Notes: generated from the letters alone by a model not told the origin. A stretch of DNA of 64,000 nt from an uncultured Candidatus Saccharibacteria bacterium (GCA_946406665.1 CAMJLE010000002.1:1200-65199); one strand, 5' to 3'; positions 39,661 to 47,618 are shown, numbered from the stretch's first letter. Made by a program: numbers and translations.

Positions 39661-40578
39661 TTGGCAATTTTAGGAATAGATGAAGTAGGAAGAGGTCCCT
39701 GGGCGGGACCTCTTGTTGTTGGTGCGTGTGTTTTGAGTGATGCGCAAATCGAAGGCTTAACCGACTCTAAGAAGCTTACGCCTAAGAAACGCGAGGCATT
39801 GGCGCCGATTATTCAGGAGAAGGCCGCTGTCGGCCTTGGTTGGGTTTCGGCCGCAGAGTTGGACGAGCTCGGCATGACGGCTGCGCTCTGCAAAGCTTGC
39901 CGCGAAGCAGTGAAGCAAATCCATGTGCCTTTTCATGAAATTATTATCGATGGCACAATTAACTTCCTGCGCGACACGCCGTTAGCATCACACGTGCAGG
40001 TTTTGACCAAGGCGGATTTGTTAGTGCCGGAAGTATCGGCGGCGTCGGTTGTGGCTAAGGTTGCGCGTGATAATTATATGTATAAGTTGGCCGAAAAATA
40101 TCCTGGTTATGGATTCGAAAAACATGTCGGCTACGGTACGGCAGCACACCGCAAAGCGCTAGAAGAACTCGGCGTATGCCCAGAACACCGAAAAAGTTTT
40201 CGCCCAATTGCGGAGATGCTAGGCATTGTGCCGGCAAAGAATAATCCAAAAAGCACCAAGACGAAAGGCGACCGTGGCGAAACAGCGGTTTGCGACTATT
40301 TAATTAAAAGTGGGCATGAAATTGTAGCGCGAAACTGGAAGAATAAGTTTTGCGAAATTGATGTAGTATCGAGGTTTAACGGCGTGTTATGTTTTACGGA
40401 AGTTAAATATCGACGCGCTGGGGCAGGGCTGGATGCGATAGACAAAAAGAAACTCGAGAAGATGCGTTTTGCGGCGGAGTTTTACTTGGCCCAGAATGGT
40501 GGCGGTGCGGCAATTTTAGCGGCCGCCGAAGTATCGGGCGACAATTACGAAGTTACGGATTTTCTAGTCCTACAGTAG
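39661..40578 (+). CDS. rnhB: Ribonuclease HII fused to YraN (UPF0102) endonuclease-like domain
   Basis: GIDEVGRGPWAGPLVV and DSKKLT (RNase HII), then C-terminal KGDRGETAVCDYL..EIDVV..FTEVKYR (YraN-type). I prefer the TTG start at 39661, right after the rplS stop. The track ORF starts at TTG 39601, inside rplS. Confidence 0.75.
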   Translation: MAILGIDEVGRGPWAGPLVVGACVLSDAQIEGLTDSKKLTPKKREALAPIIQEKAAVGLGWVSAAELDELGMTAALCKACREAVKQIHVPFHEIIIDGTINFLRDTPLASHVQVLTKADLLVPEVSAASVVAKVARDNYMYKLAEKYPGYGFEKHVGYGTAAHRKALEELGVCPEHRKSFRPIAEMLGIVPAKNNPKSTKTKGDRGETAVCDYLIKSGHEIVARNWKNKFCEIDVVSRFNGVLCFTEVKYRRAGAGLDAIDKKKLEKMRFAAEFYLAQNGGGAAILAAAEVSGDNYEVTDFLVLQ

Positions 40579-41302
40579 GCTCATCTGGGCATAGCGCGAG
40601 AACTTTTTGCATGGCGGACTTTTCGGAAGGCGTTACCCAAAGGTGGTATTTGTATTTAATTGAGATTTGGCGCGCAACATATTGACATTGAAATGCTTGG
40701 TTTGAGGGGAGCCAGGAGTCGGCGGAGGCATCGGATTTATCTTGATTAGCCTGCCCCTCTACGGCAAGAAGATTGAGTGGATCCTGACTAAGCTCGTAGC
40801 GCTTCTCGGCGTCAAGTTTATAGGCGCCAGTAGCCCAAGCATTACTGAGAGCAACAACATGGTCGATTTGGACTTCTTCCGAAGTACCCTGCCCGCGCTT
40901 AAAGTTAACGACTTGGCCAGTATAAGGATCGTCTAGGGTGCCAGTTTGGACTTTGCAGCCTTTCAAGACGGTATTTTTAAGATCACGATTTAAGATAACT
41001 TCGCGCATACTACAGCCGTGCTCATCGATTCCCCAGCTATCATAGAAAAGTTTACGATAATACTTCTGCGAATGGTCTTTTTCCTGAACGGCGAGACTTT
41101 CTAGGACATCTTTCGCTTTCGTGGAGTCGGCCTTGGTTTGCTCTGGCTTGAGTGCGATTTTATCAGGTTCCTGAATTGCCGGATCGAGTAAGGCGGCATA
41201 TTCGTAAGAGTTTGGGTTTAGAAAAATATAGACACAAAAAGCTCCTACCGCTAGGAGAATAGCAATAATTCGCCGAGTGCGATAGGAGATTTTCTGAGGC
41301 AT
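40553..41302 (-). CDS. Membrane-anchored/secreted DUF1524 (HNH-like, GmrSD C-terminal type) nuclease
   Basis: Start at MPQKISYRTRRIIAILLAVGAFCVYIF (ATG 41302), giving one TM. The C-terminal QIDHVVALSNAW...NLLAVEGQANQDKSD is typical of DUF1524. Confidence 0.6.
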   Translation of the reverse strand: MPQKISYRTRRIIAILLAVGAFCVYIFLNPNSYEYAALLDPAIQEPDKIALKPEQTKADSTKAKDVLESLAVQEKDHSQKYYRKLFYDSWGIDEHGCSMREVILNRDLKNTVLKGCKVQTGTLDDPYTGQVVNFKRGQGTSEEVQIDHVVALSNAWATGAYKLDAEKRYELSQDPLNLLAVEGQANQDKSDASADSWLPSNQAFQCQYVARQISIKYKYHLWVTPSEKSAMQKVLALCPDEPTVGLENP

Positions 41303-41303
41303 A

Positions 41304-41846
41304 TTAATAGTTTTCGGCTTGGATTTCGAAATAGGCCTGCGGATGCTTACAAACTGGGCATTCTTCTGGGGCGCTGTCGCCGATGTGAATATAGCCACAG
41401 TTGCGGCACTTCCAGACCGTTACGCCGTCACCCTTGAAGACGATGCCTTTTTCGAGGTTGTCGAGAAGTTTGCGGTAGCGCTTCTCGTGCTCAGCCTCGA
41501 TTTTGCCAACTTCTTCGAATAGTTTGGCGATTTCCTCAAAACCTTCTTCGCGGGCCTCTTTAGCGAACTTTACATACATTTCGGTTTCTTCGTATTCTTC
41601 GCCAGCAATGGCATCTTTGAGGTTTTCCTCGGTGTCCGGCACGCCGCCATCGTGGAGCAGCTTATACCAGATTTTGGCATGTTCCTTTTCGTTGTCGCTA
41701 GTTTCCGTGAAGATGGCAGCGATTTGCTCGTAGCCTTCTTTTTTAGCTTTGCTTGCGTAGAATTGATATTTTACGCGCGCTTGGGATTCCCCCGCGAAAG
41801 CGGCGTTGAGATTTTTCTCGGTCTTTGTGCCTTTTATTTCTGCCAT
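41304..41846 (-). CDS. Rubrerythrin
   Basis: MAEIKGTKTEKNLNAAFAGESQARVKY with ExxH pairs, and a C-terminal rubredoxin-like CRNCG...CPVC. SD AGGAG lies upstream of the ATG at 41846. Confidence 0.9.
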   Translation of the reverse strand: MAEIKGTKTEKNLNAAFAGESQARVKYQFYASKAKKEGYEQIAAIFTETSDNEKEHAKIWYKLLHDGGVPDTEENLKDAIAGEEYEETEMYVKFAKEAREEGFEEIAKLFEEVGKIEAEHEKRYRKLLDNLEKGIVFKGDGVTVWKCRNCGYIHIGDSAPEECPVCKHPQAYFEIQAENY

Positions 41847-41985
41847 ATATTTCTCCTTAGTTAATCCTATTTTAGCAGATGTTGACGAGGTGGAAAAAGC
41901 ATAGGGCATATCATTCGTTATCCTAGTTGCTACGGGGGGGATGCGGGTTTACAATGAATCTCAATAGTACACAGAAGACGGCAAC

Positions 41986-42666
41986 ATGAAGGTAAGTGAT
42001 TTAAACCCCGAATACAATAAGTTACAACGCAAGTACGGAGCAAAAGAATTAACTTCCATATACAATGGAGGGTGCACCAACAACCCCGATTATTGTTTCG
42101 TATTCATGAACCCTACAGGAAAGAACATCGCGTCAGACCCGAATTGGAAAGGGAGAAGGTCTCCGTGGATAGGGACTAAAAACATATGGAAACTGTTTCA
42201 CAGGATTGGCCTACTCGATGAAGGAATTTATGCCAGCATTATGGCTAAGAGGCCGAATGAATGGAACGAAGAGTTTGCGGATTTAGTATACGGTGACGTG
42301 GAAAAGCACAAATATTTCATAACGAATCTGGGGAAATGCACCCAGGTCGACGCAAGAGTGTTGCCAAATTCGGTCTATGTCCAATATCTAGACTTGTTGC
42401 GCAAGGAAATAGAAATAATAAACCCGAAAGTTATTATTGCGTTCGGGAACCAAGTTAGTTCGGTCTTGTCTGGCAATGCCATTTCAGTGTCAAAATGCAG
42501 AAAGCAGAGCTTCCCGATGGAAGTTGCTGGTAAAACATATGACGTTTATCCAGTTTTCTATCCAATAGGCAACGGCATGATGAACATCGATAAAGCCGTA
42601 GAGGACTTGGAATTTATCATAAAAAATACCGAGAAAAGATTGGCGCCTTCTAGCGCGTTGATTTAA
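41986..42666 (+). CDS. Uracil-DNA glycosylase superfamily-like protein
   Basis: 226 aa. FMNPTG and a late FYPIGNG resemble UDG-superfamily motifs A and B. Weak, from memory. Confidence 0.4.
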   Translation: MKVSDLNPEYNKLQRKYGAKELTSIYNGGCTNNPDYCFVFMNPTGKNIASDPNWKGRRSPWIGTKNIWKLFHRIGLLDEGIYASIMAKRPNEWNEEFADLVYGDVEKHKYFITNLGKCTQVDARVLPNSVYVQYLDLLRKEIEIINPKVIIAFGNQVSSVLSGNAISVSKCRKQSFPMEVAGKTYDVYPVFYPIGNGMMNIDKAVEDLEFIIKNTEKRLAPSSALI

Positions 42667-42684
42667 TAGCACCAATTTAGTGCG

Positions 42685-43269
42685 CTATTGCTCGTACAGT
42701 TTTAGGATTTTCTCGACCTCCTGTTTGGAGAGATGATCTAATTGGGTTTGATGAGAGAGCTCTAGGTTCTTGTTGCCCCAAGGCGCAGCTTTTTCGTCGT
42801 ATAGGCTCTTCGAATAAATCCAGCAATCGTACGGCAGTTTCTCGGCAGAATACTTTTCTCCCACGAAACCAAGCTTCTCGTATAGTCGGACAGCGTCAGC
42901 ATTGCCGACAATATCCGTATACAGCCTCATCGTCTTGAAGCCGCGCCGTTTTGCCATACGCATCGTTTCCTCGAGTATTCTTCTCCCATAGGATCTTCTG
43001 CGTTTGTCTGGGAGTACGCCGAACCACGCAAGCCATGCCGATTCATCATCGTAGCAATATAGGCCCGTTATCCCTATTGCTTCTCCGTTATCATATGCGA
43101 TGTAATATTTAACATAGTCGTCGATATAGTCTATTCCCGTCTTTCTTATGAAGGTATCTCTATCCAGAGACGCCAAGATATTAATAGTGCCATCTTCGTC
43201 TGGGAATATTTGGTTTTGAATCTTAATTGCTTCCTTGTAGTTTGCATGATCTACTAAGACGAGTTTCAT
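42685..43269 (-). CDS. GNAT family N-acetyltransferase
   Basis: The segment VLPDKRRRSYGRRILEE matches the acetyl-CoA binding motif, 194 aa. Confidence 0.75.
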   Translation of the reverse strand: MKLVLVDHANYKEAIKIQNQIFPDEDGTINILASLDRDTFIRKTGIDYIDDYVKYYIAYDNGEAIGITGLYCYDDESAWLAWFGVLPDKRRRSYGRRILEETMRMAKRRGFKTMRLYTDIVGNADAVRLYEKLGFVGEKYSAEKLPYDCWIYSKSLYDEKAAPWGNKNLELSHQTQLDHLSKQEVEKILKLYEQ

Positions 43270-43281
43270 AGTCTAGCTCCT

Positions 43282-44121
43282 TTATAATTCCAGAATTGGC
43301 ATTTCTTCCCTGTACCTCTTTTGCGCTTCTAAATCCAGGTCTGCCGTAAGCATACCTTCTTCGTTTCCTAGCGCTCGCAGGTTTTCGCCATCATACTTGA
43401 TGATTTTCGTGTCCGCACATAGCTTTTCGCCCGTTTGGTTAACTGCGCAAAAGTAGACTTGGTTTTCGATTGCTCTAGCTCGTGGCAGGACGTCCCAGGC
43501 TACGGCTCCAGTTGACTTGTTGAAGTGCGCTGGGAGAAAGATGATTTCGGCGCCGCCTTTGGCCAGCTCTCTAAAATACTCTGGGAATCTTAGGTCGAAA
43601 CATATGCCGACGCCAATTTTGATGCCATCTATTTCGAATAAGCCAATCGTTTGTCCCGGAATGGTATCGTCATTTTCGTCTAGCTTGAAGTCTGGCCTAT
43701 TAACTTTGTACAGATATTTTTTATCGTATCTGCCGATAATATTCCCCTCGCGATTAATCACGAAACTCGTATTCGTAGTTTTGCCTGGCACGTCACTTTC
43801 TAGAGCGACGCTTCCCAGGATGATATTTACATGGTTTTCTCGAGCGAAATCTTGGTACTTTGCTATTTCGTCTAGCCTCACCGCCCCGCCATAATAGTCT
43901 TTACCCCACGACAGGAATAATTCGGAAAGACATATGATATCGGGCGAGTCTTTGACGGCCTCGCTCAATCGGCCGAGGACTTTTTGTTCGTTCTCGTTTT
44001 TCGTGCCGTTGGATTCTGTTTGGATAAGACTTACTCTGACCATAGATTTGTGCTCTGATGGAATTATAGCATCGATTATCGGCGCGCCGAAAGCGTGGTG
44101 ACTACTTATTAACGCACTCAT
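43282..44121 (-). CDS. Carbon-nitrogen hydrolase (nitrilase superfamily)
   Basis: ICLSELF (Glu) and GICFDLRFPE (Cys) motifs. The start may instead be the ATG at 44043 (MVRVSLIQ). Confidence 0.75.
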   Translation of the reverse strand: MSALISSHHAFGAPIIDAIIPSEHKSMVRVSLIQTESNGTKNENEQKVLGRLSEAVKDSPDIICLSELFLSWGKDYYGGAVRLDEIAKYQDFARENHVNIILGSVALESDVPGKTTNTSFVINREGNIIGRYDKKYLYKVNRPDFKLDENDDTIPGQTIGLFEIDGIKIGVGICFDLRFPEYFRELAKGGAEIIFLPAHFNKSTGAVAWDVLPRARAIENQVYFCAVNQTGEKLCADTKIIKYDGENLRALGNEEGMLTADLDLEAQKRYREEMPILEL

Positions 44122-44252
44122 GCTTTATTAAAATCGTTTTTATTGGTTTGATTGATATGTGTTGGCTCGTTTCGTAACACATAAGGTTCGCCTCGCGGGG
44201 GCCTTATAGAACGATGTTCTAGGCGCCATCAAGACTCCCGAGAAAGGGAAAA

Positions 44253-44315
44253 ATGAGTATACAACTGCGCGTGTGGCGCGTGAGAGTTATGCTCACGTTG
44301 AAGTTTGCGAAGTAA
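44253..44315 (+). CDS. Cassette copy 4 small ORF, 20 aa (MSIQLRVWRVRVMLTLKFAK)
   Basis: SD GAGAAAGGG lies upstream. The peptide is a paralog of the sORFs at 47555, 47872 and 48176, with shared residues encoded by different codons. Confidence 0.45.
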   Translation: MSIQLRVWRVRVMLTLKFAK

Positions 44316-44384
44316 CGGAAGATCCGTCCTAAATTAGGACGGATCAACCAACACATCAATACGCTTCCTAGAGGCGTATTATAT
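44316..44384 (-). ncRNA. Predicted antisense sRNA of cassette copy 4
   Basis: Minus-strand TGATATAAT (complement of 44391-99), hairpin AATACGC/GCGTATT (44358-80) and hairpin GATCCGTCC/GGACGGATC (44321-45). The ends are approximate. Confidence 0.35.
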
Positions 44385-44396
44385 GGTTTTATTATA

Positions 44397-44921
44397 TCAT
44401 GGCGCTTTGACTGCCTTAGCGATGACGCTAACAATTTCTTGGCGGGACATTTTTTCGGGGTTGCGGAAACGCGCAAGCGGGATGTTGGCGGCTTTAAAAA
44501 TGCGCTCGACTTCCGCGTCGCGCTCGGCGCGAGATTTGCTGTCGTGCGAGGCATCGTCGAGCTCAATGGCACAGACTGGCTTGCCGGTTTCCTTGCTGAG
44601 CAAAACGTAGTCGACGGACTTGCCGTTAATGTGACGGAAGGCAGCGTTCCAATTCTGGCCTTTGACTTTGTGGTTTAGCAAGGCGGAAAGATGAACTTGT
44701 GGAATGATATACCATTTACCGCCGAGCATGTCGTTGAGTTGCTTGAAGAATTCGTTTTCGCGTTGCGTCATAATGTAGCTCTTGGCGAAATAACGGTAGG
44801 TAGATTTTTTGATTTCTTCTTCGTCGTCGGTTTGCTTTACGGCGAAGAGCTTGCGCGAAGCGAAGTCCGCTGCGACGAGAATGACTAGAGCGATGATGAT
44901 AATGATGTATGTTTTATCCAT
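44397..44921 (-). CDS. DUF2726 (restriction-endonuclease-like fold) protein with N-terminal TM
   Basis: YIIPQVHLSALL...SVDYVLL...VCAIELDDASHD...RDAEVERIF. Confidence 0.65.
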   Translation of the reverse strand: MDKTYIIIIIALVILVAADFASRKLFAVKQTDDEEEIKKSTYRYFAKSYIMTQRENEFFKQLNDMLGGKWYIIPQVHLSALLNHKVKGQNWNAAFRHINGKSVDYVLLSKETGKPVCAIELDDASHDSKSRAERDAEVERIFKAANIPLARFRNPEKMSRQEIVSVIAKAVKAP

Positions 44922-44938
44922 GATTCTATATTATCTCC

Positions 44939-46036
44939 TTATTTATCGCTTTTTCTACGATTGCAATCTCGGCAAAGCATTTGGCAGTTTTCAGCAACAG
45001 TTTTACCGCCTTGGCTCCATGGCGTAATATGGTCGGCTTCCATCTCGTCGATTTCGAAGTGTTGGTTGCATTCAGAGCAAATTCCCCGCTGGCGTTCGTA
45101 AGCCTCGCGCTTCATGTTGTCTGTAAATGCACGAATGCTTAAATGACGTTCGTCGCCACATAACAGGTATTCGTAGATGCCCTTCTTGGCAGTAACATCC
45201 TCGTCCTGCATGAGGCGGATGATTTCTTTTTCCATTTTCTGAGCATCGTAGGAATAATTATGGTATTTATTATAGAAGTCGCCCCATTCGAGGCCTTTCA
45301 TTTCTTTGCGATAATTCGGGAACAGCATTTGTGCCCATGCGATGACGGTCTGGAAATATTGCCAAAGTTCGGAGGCATTATCGTCGAACTGGTGCTTAGA
45401 CATATATTCTTCAATGTTGTCGTCGGAAATCCATTTCAAAGCAGATTGTAAATAGTCCTGGCGAATCGGCGAACCATTCATGTATTTTTCGGCTAGTCCA
45501 TAGGCGGCGCAGCCAGTTTTGCTAAAGTGGCGCTTAGCGTCAGTTAGCCATGGGCCGGCATAGACCGCGTTGCGAAGTTCCTGATCGGTAAGCTTTTCGC
45601 CGGCGATATTGATAGTCTTGAACCATTCGAGTTTTTCGCTGTCTGTACCGTCGCAAATGTAGATATATAAATCGTAGTTTTCAATTTGTGCACGTTCATC
45701 AGAAGTGAGGCTGTGAAAATATTTGTTGTTGATGGAGAAATCGCCCTGCACGTATTGGCAGAAAGAAATCGTACGCTGCTGGCCGTCGAGAATTTCGTAA
45801 CCAGTCACCTCCCCACTGTCATTTTTAACGACGGACCAATACATAACATTGAGCGGGAATTCTTTGCGAATAGTATCAATTACGGCATTTCGCTGAGCAT
45901 CTTTATATACGAATTCGCGTTGGAATTTTGGGCGGATGTCGAGCCTACCGCCGTAGCCAACAACGCCTTCTTCATTGCCGTCTTTATAGCCATCAAATAC
46001 ATCTTTGATTTTGATTTTTTGAAGCTCAATTTTCAT
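44939..46036 (-). CDS. DUF262 (ParB-like, DGQQR) + C-terminal HNH nuclease, GmrSD-related
   Basis: ILDGQQRTISF in the N-domain and CSECN...ADHITPWSQGG...NCQMLCRDCNRRKSDK in the HNH domain. Overlaps the methyltransferase stop by 11 nt. Confidence 0.8.
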   Translation of the reverse strand: MKIELQKIKIKDVFDGYKDGNEEGVVGYGGRLDIRPKFQREFVYKDAQRNAVIDTIRKEFPLNVMYWSVVKNDSGEVTGYEILDGQQRTISFCQYVQGDFSINNKYFHSLTSDERAQIENYDLYIYICDGTDSEKLEWFKTINIAGEKLTDQELRNAVYAGPWLTDAKRHFSKTGCAAYGLAEKYMNGSPIRQDYLQSALKWISDDNIEEYMSKHQFDDNASELWQYFQTVIAWAQMLFPNYRKEMKGLEWGDFYNKYHNYSYDAQKMEKEIIRLMQDEDVTAKKGIYEYLLCGDERHLSIRAFTDNMKREAYERQRGICSECNQHFEIDEMEADHITPWSQGGKTVAENCQMLCRDCNRRKSDK

Positions 46037-47093
46037 GGATTCTCCTTTTTATAAAAATACGCGAAAATACAACTACTGGAAGATTATTATCGTCCAATAG
46101 ATATACATTTTGTAATCGCCAAGTTTTATTGTATGCTTTATACTTTTTTATAGTTTCTTCAGGGGGTGGCGTGAAAAAAGAACAATCATTAAACACCCAA
46201 TTCGTGTCGCCGCTTCTTCCAATTATCTCAAACTGGTCAGGATCATAACTATTTATAAAGCTGTCTGGTACGCCCATGTAACCATAATAATCATCAGGAA
46301 TATCGGCTATCCTATCTATATTAATTGCATTAAAGTTACCGTATTTAGGATAATCACTCGGATTATAGTGTTTATAGAGTATTAGCCCTTCATGCCGCTT
46401 TTCAATATCTAGATTCGTAAACCATATGACGTTCCCGAATTTTTTCGTGGTTCCATCGGGGCGCATAAACTCTTTTATGTGGTTATATCCAAGCCAAACT
46501 TTATTATTAGCAATTAATGGAAATATTTCTTGATAATGGAGTTTATTAGAGTCGCCGATTGTTAAGAACTTCTTATCATATTCTATAAGTTGTAGGATAT
46601 AGTCTGGGAATAGGCTAAAGGGCGGGTTAGTAACGACAATATCAGCCTCTTTAAGATACTCGATTGATTCTTCACTTCTAAAGTCACCGTCGCCGTCAAG
46701 TATTGTAAGGTTATTATCATTGCTTTTAAGCAGAAGTTCGATATCCGAGAGATCTGTTGCTCCATCGCCATTTAGATCTGGGACTTCGGTTATTTCTATT
46801 TTGTAGGGTAATTTCTCGTCTTTATGGAATAACGGCAAATCATTAAATTCCGTATAGCTAACTGGCGATCCGGCATAGCACGTACAGATTAGCTTTTTTA
46901 AGCCAAGATGATTAAAATTCATAGCAAAATATTTGAAGAAATTACTCTCAAATGGATCGTCGCAATTGCAAAATACGGTTTTACCTCTGAAGTGTTCTTT
47001 ATAATGGCATAATTCGTTTTCTATGTCTCTTAGAAAGGTATAGTGCTCATCGTCTTTTGCTACTTTTGCCTTTCCTAGGCTAGTGTTGGCTAT
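46026..47093 (-). CDS. N6-adenine DNA methyltransferase, EcoRI-methylase-like family; apparent ATA start
   Basis: VVTNPPFSL motif IV. The frame is open upstream of the track's ATG (46922): (ATA)ANTSLGKAKVAKDDEHYTFLRDIENELCHYKEHFRGKTVFCNCDDPFESNFFKYFAMNFNHLGLKK matches my memory of the family N-terminus. AGGAGG lies 4 nt before ATA (complement of 47091-93) and an in-frame TAA lies at 47109-11. Confidence 0.7.
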   Translation of the reverse strand: MANTSLGKAKVAKDDEHYTFLRDIENELCHYKEHFRGKTVFCNCDDPFESNFFKYFAMNFNHLGLKKLICTCYAGSPVSYTEFNDLPLFHKDEKLPYKIEITEVPDLNGDGATDLSDIELLLKSNDNNLTILDGDGDFRSEESIEYLKEADIVVTNPPFSLFPDYILQLIEYDKKFLTIGDSNKLHYQEIFPLIANNKVWLGYNHIKEFMRPDGTTKKFGNVIWFTNLDIEKRHEGLILYKHYNPSDYPKYGNFNAINIDRIADIPDDYYGYMGVPDSFINSYDPDQFEIIGRSGDTNWVFNDCSFFTPPPEETIKKYKAYNKTWRLQNVYLLDDNNLPVVVFSRIFIKRRIHEN

Positions 47094-47124
47094 GGCGCCT
47101 CCTAACTCTTAGCGCCACAACTTC

Positions 47125-47349
47125 AAAAAGAAAATAAGACACCTTGCGATGTCTTGTTCAATATATGTTGCCGATTACATCATGAATCCGGGAACGTAAC
47201 ACCGCATGATGTCTTAAATCAATTTCTGCACTTAGACTGAAACAGCCTAACCGGAGCGATGAACCTTCCCGGATTTACGGGTTGTTTCAAAACACTGCCG
47301 CAAGTGCAGAATTGTAGCCTAAGTGCAAATTATTAAATTGATTTAAGAC
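47125..47349 (-). ncRNA. Structured ~225-nt leader/ncRNA upstream of the methyltransferase, with own promoter and terminator
   Basis: Minus-strand TGATATAAT (complement of 47356-64). A 15-bp helix (47211-25 with 47335-49) plus a 9-bp helix (47227-35 with 47319-27) enclose a multi-stem domain. The terminator is AAGACATC-GCAA-GGTGTCTT plus ATTTTCTTTTT (47125-55). The G-U pairs fit only the minus-strand RNA. Confidence 0.45.
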
Positions 47350-47554
47350 AATTTAATTATATCACTTAGGGACAGGGGTTGAGAAGTGTTCTGTTTGAAC
47401 TCATGCTTTTATGCCGTTCTGAGTTCTCCTATACTAAAAAGGCGCCGCAAGGTGTCTTAAATCAATGGTTTAAACTGACATTGAAGTTCATGAGAGCTCG
47501 CAGGGCTTCAATAAACAGGATTCTAGATAACTAGACACTCTGAGGAAGATTGTC

Positions 47555-47614
47555 ATGGTCATCACAGTTCGACTTTGGATTGTGGAATTCAGAATAAGAA
47601 TCAGGTTTGTTTAG
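47555..47614 (+). CDS. Cassette copy 1 small ORF, 19 aa (MVITVRLWIVEFRIRIRFV)
   Basis: SD GAGGAAG lies 6 nt upstream. There is codon-level conservation with copy 3. Confidence 0.5.
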   Translation: MVITVRLWIVEFRIRIRFV

Positions 47615-47618
47615 AGAT

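Noticed and set aside
44219-44572. 117-aa minus-strand ORF spanning cassette copy 4 and the DUF2726 3' end
   Set aside because: It overlaps the well-supported DUF2726 frame, has Ser/Pro/Arg-rich composition and has no SD. The region is better explained by the cassette elements.
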